Below, in pieces: positions 61,030-64,000 of a stretch of DNA of 64,000 nucleotides. Both the position numbers and the translations under genes were made by a program. How positions within the stretch are numbered: position 1 is the stretch's first letter; each line of letters opens with the position of its first letter. Below the pieces are notes generated by a model. It was given only the letters and a program-made list of their open reading frames with translations. It ran no database searches and had not been told where the DNA came from. The stretch is from Candidatus Latescibacterota bacterium (GTDB taxonomy: Bacteria > Latescibacterota > UBA2968): positions 2,624,001-2,688,000 of the forward strand of contig OZ242195.1 of NCBI GenBank assembly GCA_965205975.1, given 5' to 3'.

Positions 61030-62910
61030 ATGCCTCCTATTCTAAGCGATTTTGACCTGCACCTGCACGGCGAAGGCAATCACCATAACATCTACGACTG
61101 CCTCGGCGCACACCCCACAGAAAAAGGCGTACATTTTGCCGTGTGGGCACCCAATGCTCAGCGCGTAAGCGTGGTTGGCGACTTCAACGCCTGGAATGGA
61201 TGCCAGCACCCCATGCAAAACAGAGGTAGCACAGGTGTATGGGAACTCTTCATCCCCGACCTGATGCCCGGCACCCTCTACAAATACGAAATCAAAACCC
61301 AAAACGGCGATATCTTTACCAAAAGCGACCCCTACGCCTTCTGTATGGAACACCGCCCGCACACAGCCTCTGTCGTGTACCAGCCCGACGATGCCCTGTG
61401 GTCCGATGCCGATTGGCTGCAAACCCGCCAGAAAAGAGACCCATACACAGAACCAATCGCCATATACGAAGTACACCCCGGCTCATGGCGGCGCAACCCA
61501 CACGAAAACAACCGGCCGCTCACCTATCGCGAACTCGCGCATGAACTCGTCGAATACATCCTCGAAATGGGCTACACCCACATCGAACTCCTCCCCATCA
61601 TGGAACATCCCTTAGACGAATCATGGGGATATCAGGTCACGGGCTACTACGCGCCAACCAGCCGTTTTGGTACGCCAGACGATTTCAAATACCTCGTCAA
61701 CCACTGCCACATCCACGGCATTGGCGTCATTCTCGACTGGGTACCCGCACACTTCCCAACAGACGCGCATGGACTCGCGCAATTCGACGGTTCTGCCCTG
61801 TACGAACACGCCGATTCGCGGCAAGGAACACACCCCGATTGGGGCACCTTAATTTTCAACTACGGACGCAATGAAGTACGCAATTTTCTCATTGCCAATG
61901 CTCTCTTCTGGATCGAAAAATATCACATCGACGGCTTGCGCGTCGATGCGGTTGCATCCATGCTCTACCTCGACTATTCGCGCAAAGAAGGCGAATGGAT
62001 CCCCAACCAATATGGCGGCAGAGAAAATTTAGACGCCATCGCCTTTATGCACCAACTCAACACCCTCATCCACGAAAAGTTCCCGGGCGTCTTGATGATT
62101 GCCGAAGAATCGACCTCCTGGCCCGGCGTCTCCCGCCCCGTTTATCTGGGTGGCCTCGGCTTTGGATTCAAATGGAACATGGGCTGGATGAACGACACCC
62201 TGTCCTATATCTCCAAAGAACCGATCCACCGCAAATACCACCACGACAACCTCACCTTTGGCCTCGTCTATGCCTTTCACGAAAACTTCATCCTCGTACT
62301 CTCCCACGACGAAGTCGTCCACGGCAAACGCGCCCTCATCGACAAAATGCCCGGCGACCGCTGGCAAAAATTCGCCAATCTGCGCGCCTTTTACGCCTTT
62401 CAATACGCCCATCCCGGCAAAAAGTTGCTCTTTATGGGCGGCGAACTCGGTCAATGGCAAGAGTGGAATTCACAGGAAAGCGTACACTGGCACCTGCTCG
62501 CAGAACCCGACCACGCGGGCCTGAAACGCTTTGTAAGAGACCTCAACACCCTCTATCGGGGCGAACCGGCACTCTACGAACGGGATTTTGAACCCGAAGG
62601 CTTTGAATGGATCTCGCTCCACGACGCCTCAAACAGCGTCCTATCCTTCCTGCGCCGCGCGCGATCACACGATGCCCCTTTAATTTTTGCCTGCAACTTT
62701 ACCCCCGTCCCAAGAGAAAACTACCGCATAGGCGTACCCACCCCAGGCACCTACCGCGAACTCATCAACAGCGACGCCGAACGCTATGGCGGCAGCAACA
62801 TGGGCAATCTCGGCACCGTCCAAACCGAACCCATCCCAAGTCACGGACATCCGCAATCCCTGCAAATCACCCTTCCCCCACTCGCCGCTGTCATGTTCAA
62901 ACCCGGGTAA
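61030..62910 (+). CDS. glgB: 1,4-alpha-glucan branching enzyme
   Basis: [43 protein letters not shown]. Confidence 0.97.
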   Translation: MPPILSDFDLHLHGEGNHHNIYDCLGAHPTEKGVHFAVWAPNAQRVSVVGDFNAWNGCQHPMQNRGSTGVWELFIPDLMPGTLYKYEIKTQNGDIFTKSDPYAFCMEHRPHTASVVYQPDDALWSDADWLQTRQKRDPYTEPIAIYEVHPGSWRRNPHENNRPLTYRELAHELVEYILEMGYTHIELLPIMEHPLDESWGYQVTGYYAPTSRFGTPDDFKYLVNHCHIHGIGVILDWVPAHFPTDAHGLAQFDGSALYEHADSRQGTHPDWGTLIFNYGRNEVRNFLIANALFWIEKYHIDGLRVDAVASMLYLDYSRKEGEWIPNQYGGRENLDAIAFMHQLNTLIHEKFPGVLMIAEESTSWPGVSRPVYLGGLGFGFKWNMGWMNDTLSYISKEPIHRKYHHDNLTFGLVYAFHENFILVLSHDEVVHGKRALIDKMPGDRWQKFANLRAFYAFQYAHPGKKLLFMGGELGQWQEWNSQESVHWHLLAEPDHAGLKRFVRDLNTLYRGEPALYERDFEPEGFEWISLHDASNSVLSFLRRARSHDAPLIFACNFTPVPRENYRIGVPTPGTYRELINSDAERYGGSNMGNLGTVQTEPIPSHGHPQSLQITLPPLAAVMFKPG

Positions 62911-63081
62911 ACGACATACATGTTCTCCTTGCACATCAAGCATAACGTTAGTAAAATATCAACATAGAAAACTATATTGGGCTGATCTCTATACTGCTTC
63001 AACCAATCTCTCCCCACAGTATCTCTTTCGTCATATAAAATTTATTTTTTCTGTTTCCATACTCACAATTTGGGGGATTCA

Positions 63082-64000
63082 ATGTCCAGGAGTGAGGGTT
63101 TTCAGATCGCTGATGTGACTATCTTTAACCAGGATGTTTTGGAATTATATGACCGCTGGAAAACACCAGATGTAATTGTTTCTGATGGAGGTTATGGTGT
63201 ATCCGGCTTTAAGAAAGATGCGAAAGAGCCTTCGACGCTAACAGCCTGGTATCAACCACACATTCAAGCATGGTCCCAACATTCCAGACCTGGTACGACA
63301 CTCTGGTTTTGGAATACAGAAATCGGATGGGCGACTGTACATCCTCTGTTAGATCGCTCTGGATGGGACTATGTGTGCTGCAATATTTGGAATAAGGGCA
63401 TACAGCATATAGCTGGAAACTGCAATCTTCCAGCTCTAAAAGGTTTTCCAATTGTCACAGAAGTCTGCGTCCAATACGTTAGACGTCCAGAATTTCAAGT
63501 TGAAGACCAGATATTGACCTTGAAGAGATGGTTGCGATTTGAATGGGAGAGAACCCAACTCCCTTTATACAAAACCAATCAAGCATGTGGTGTGGCCAAT
63601 GCTGCAACACGGAAGTATTTTACAAAAGATCATCTGTGGTACGCACCTCCTCCCGAACTTTTTGCAAAACTGGTATCCTATGCAAATCAACACGGCGAGG
63701 AAAGTGGTAAGCCTTATTTTTCCGTGAATGGAAAGGAACCCCTTACACAAAAAACATACGAACATTTCTTTGCAAAATTTAAGGGCAAATACGGTATAAC
63801 CAATGTTTGGGATCACCCTCCGCTTCACAATCGTGAAAGAGTCAGATTGCCGGGATCATCAAAATATGCCCATCTAAATCAGAAGCCGCTACAACTGGTG
63901 AAAATGCTGCTGGAAGTATCGTCTGATCCCGGTGGCGTTATTTGGGAGCCATTTGGAGGTCTATGTACTGCTGGAATGGCTTCATATCTTACCGAAAGAC
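63082..64000 (+). CDS. Beta-class N4/N6 DNA methyltransferase (3' truncated; absent from ORF track)
   Basis: Hand translation MSRSEGFQ...IVSDGGYG (motif IV variant)...HLNQKP...IWEPFGGLCT (motif I); start and end are in the same frame. Confidence 0.8.
   Translation, partial: MSRSEGFQIADVTIFNQDVLELYDRWKTPDVIVSDGGYGVSGFKKDAKEPSTLTAWYQPHIQAWSQHSRPGTTLWFWNTEIGWATVHPLLDRSGWDYVCCNIWNKGIQHIAGNCNLPALKGFPIVTEVCVQYVRRPEFQVEDQILTLKRWLRFEWERTQLPLYKTNQACGVANAATRKYFTKDHLWYAPPPELFAKLVSYANQHGEESGKPYFSVNGKEPLTQKTYEHFFAKFKGKYGITNVWDHPPLHNRERVRLPGSSKYAHLNQKPLQLVKMLLEVSSDPGGVIWEPFGGLCTAGMASYLTER

Overview
Bacterial chromosomal window, mostly housekeeping and catabolic genes: PLP lyase, amidohydrolases, heparinase II/III-like protein, pectate lyase, oadGBA/birA, yejABEF, glnE/glnB and glgB. 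Toxin-antitoxin remnants and short REP-like repeats are scattered between them. The standout is a ~15.5 kb minus-strand cluster (31949-47455) that looks like an undescribed glycosylated RiPP system. In transcription order it has a consensus sigma54 promoter, an HTH-only AraC regulator, a two-domain glycosyltransferase and a second GT4 glycosyltransferase with an extra C-terminal domain. These are followed by three short ORFs with alignable double-glycine-type leaders and acidic cores, a DUF3267-like and CPBP membrane proteases (one decayed and hit by an IS3 element), a cNMP-C39 peptidase ABC exporter, HlyD, a PpiC rotamase and UDP-GlcNAc 2-epimerase. A remnant of the GT 3' end between precursors 1 and 2 records a tandem duplication. 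All calls come from motif recognition by eye; no database searches were run.
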